Positions 63,230 to 64,000 of a stretch of 64,000 bases of DNA are shown here, one piece after another. The stretch's first letter is position 1. Every line of letters starts with the position of its first letter. The notes beneath the pieces were generated by a model. It was not told where the DNA came from. It made no database searches and was given only the letters and a program-made list of their open reading frames with translations. The stretch lies in the NCBI RefSeq assembly GCF_009914755.1, contig NC_060929.1. One strand, written 5' to 3'. The translations under genes were made by a program, and so were the position numbers. The DNA comes from the human T2T-CHM13v2.0 reference genome, Homo sapiens.

Positions 63230-64000
63230 GAGCATATTCAGTCTTGCCTTTTCCCCTGATGACCACCCTAAACCTCTGACTACTAGCATGCTCAAGAGAC
63301 CTTTTCTTATAGAAACAAATTCTCTTAGCACTATTTTCTCTTTTTCTGTCCACCTTCTTGAAAGAACTGTCTATATTCCAAAGAGTTAAGGAGTGAAAAC
63401 GATGGTCTACCCCTCAATTCCTTTGCTTGCTCTTCATCCCCTCAATTCTCAGGTTGGTTTCCACCTCAATACTCTACTGAAACTGTTTCTACCATTAGTT
63501 ATTAATTACCACGTTGTCACCACATCCAATGGCCTTTCTCAGACTTTAGACTTACGTTTACCTTATTTGACTGGTTCTTTTGATTTCTTGCCCATATTTG
63601 ACTTAAAGGATATTATATAGAACTGTCTGACCTATATTCCTTATCAAAAGCAGATGCTGTAATGTAAGCTCCAAAGAGCAGGGTTGTTTGTATATTTTGT
63701 TAACTGATATATCCTCAGTCCTTAAATCAGTGGCAGTCACATAACAGACATTCAATGAATGTGGAATGAATTAACAAAATATAATTGGTGCTTAGCACCT
63801 TTCTTCCCGCTTTCTACCCATTACCCCTGGACAAGCTCATCCAAATCTATGACTGAGTTGTCTCTCAAATCTCTCTAGTCTGCTTGGCTTTTAGCATTTG
63901 GATCACTGTTGGATGTCTTGTCAAACCTCAAAATCAGCATGCCCCAAACTAAACTCATTATTTTTATCTTAAAACTCTGTCACATTCTCCCTACTTTTTT
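63230..64000. mobile_element. L2 fragments
   Basis: taatgtaagctccaaagagcaggg...cattcaatgaatgtggaatgaat (L2 3' end) and tggatgtc...cctcaaaatcagcatgccccaaactaaactcatta. Confidence 0.6.

Overview
Primate (most likely human) genomic DNA lying entirely inside the minus-strand gene ARL15, an ARF-like small GTPase. Only 269 coding bases are present: a 60-nt exon at 50178-50237 (GFSIKAVPFQNAILNVKELG) and a 209-nt exon at 8785-8993 (GADNIRKYWSRYYQGSQGVIFVLDS...NHQDKPAARSVQE). They are joined by a 41,184-bp GT-AG intron and correspond, as I recall the gene, to exons 3 and 4. The rest is AT-rich intron holding about 14 Alu/FLAM copies, L1s of several ages, L2/MIR/CR1 relics, MaLR/ERVL/ERV1 LTRs, Tigger/hAT DNA transposons and microsatellites. 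Nearly all long ORFs in the track are repeat-derived. I found no new gene system. The most unusual structures are: (1) a MER41A LTR piece ending at its own poly(A) site with an A-tail and flanking direct repeats, suggesting an LTR transcript inserted by L1 machinery; (2) a rearranged two-segment duplication placing direct repeats either side of the in-frame, weak-donor exon 3; (3) a perfect 48-bp tandem duplication; (4) a twin-primed L1PA with about 0.7 kb missing, inserted in an MSTD LTR; (5) a tail-less L1 fragment replacing part of an MLT1 LTR. Repeat subfamily names come from remembered consensus sequences, not database searches.
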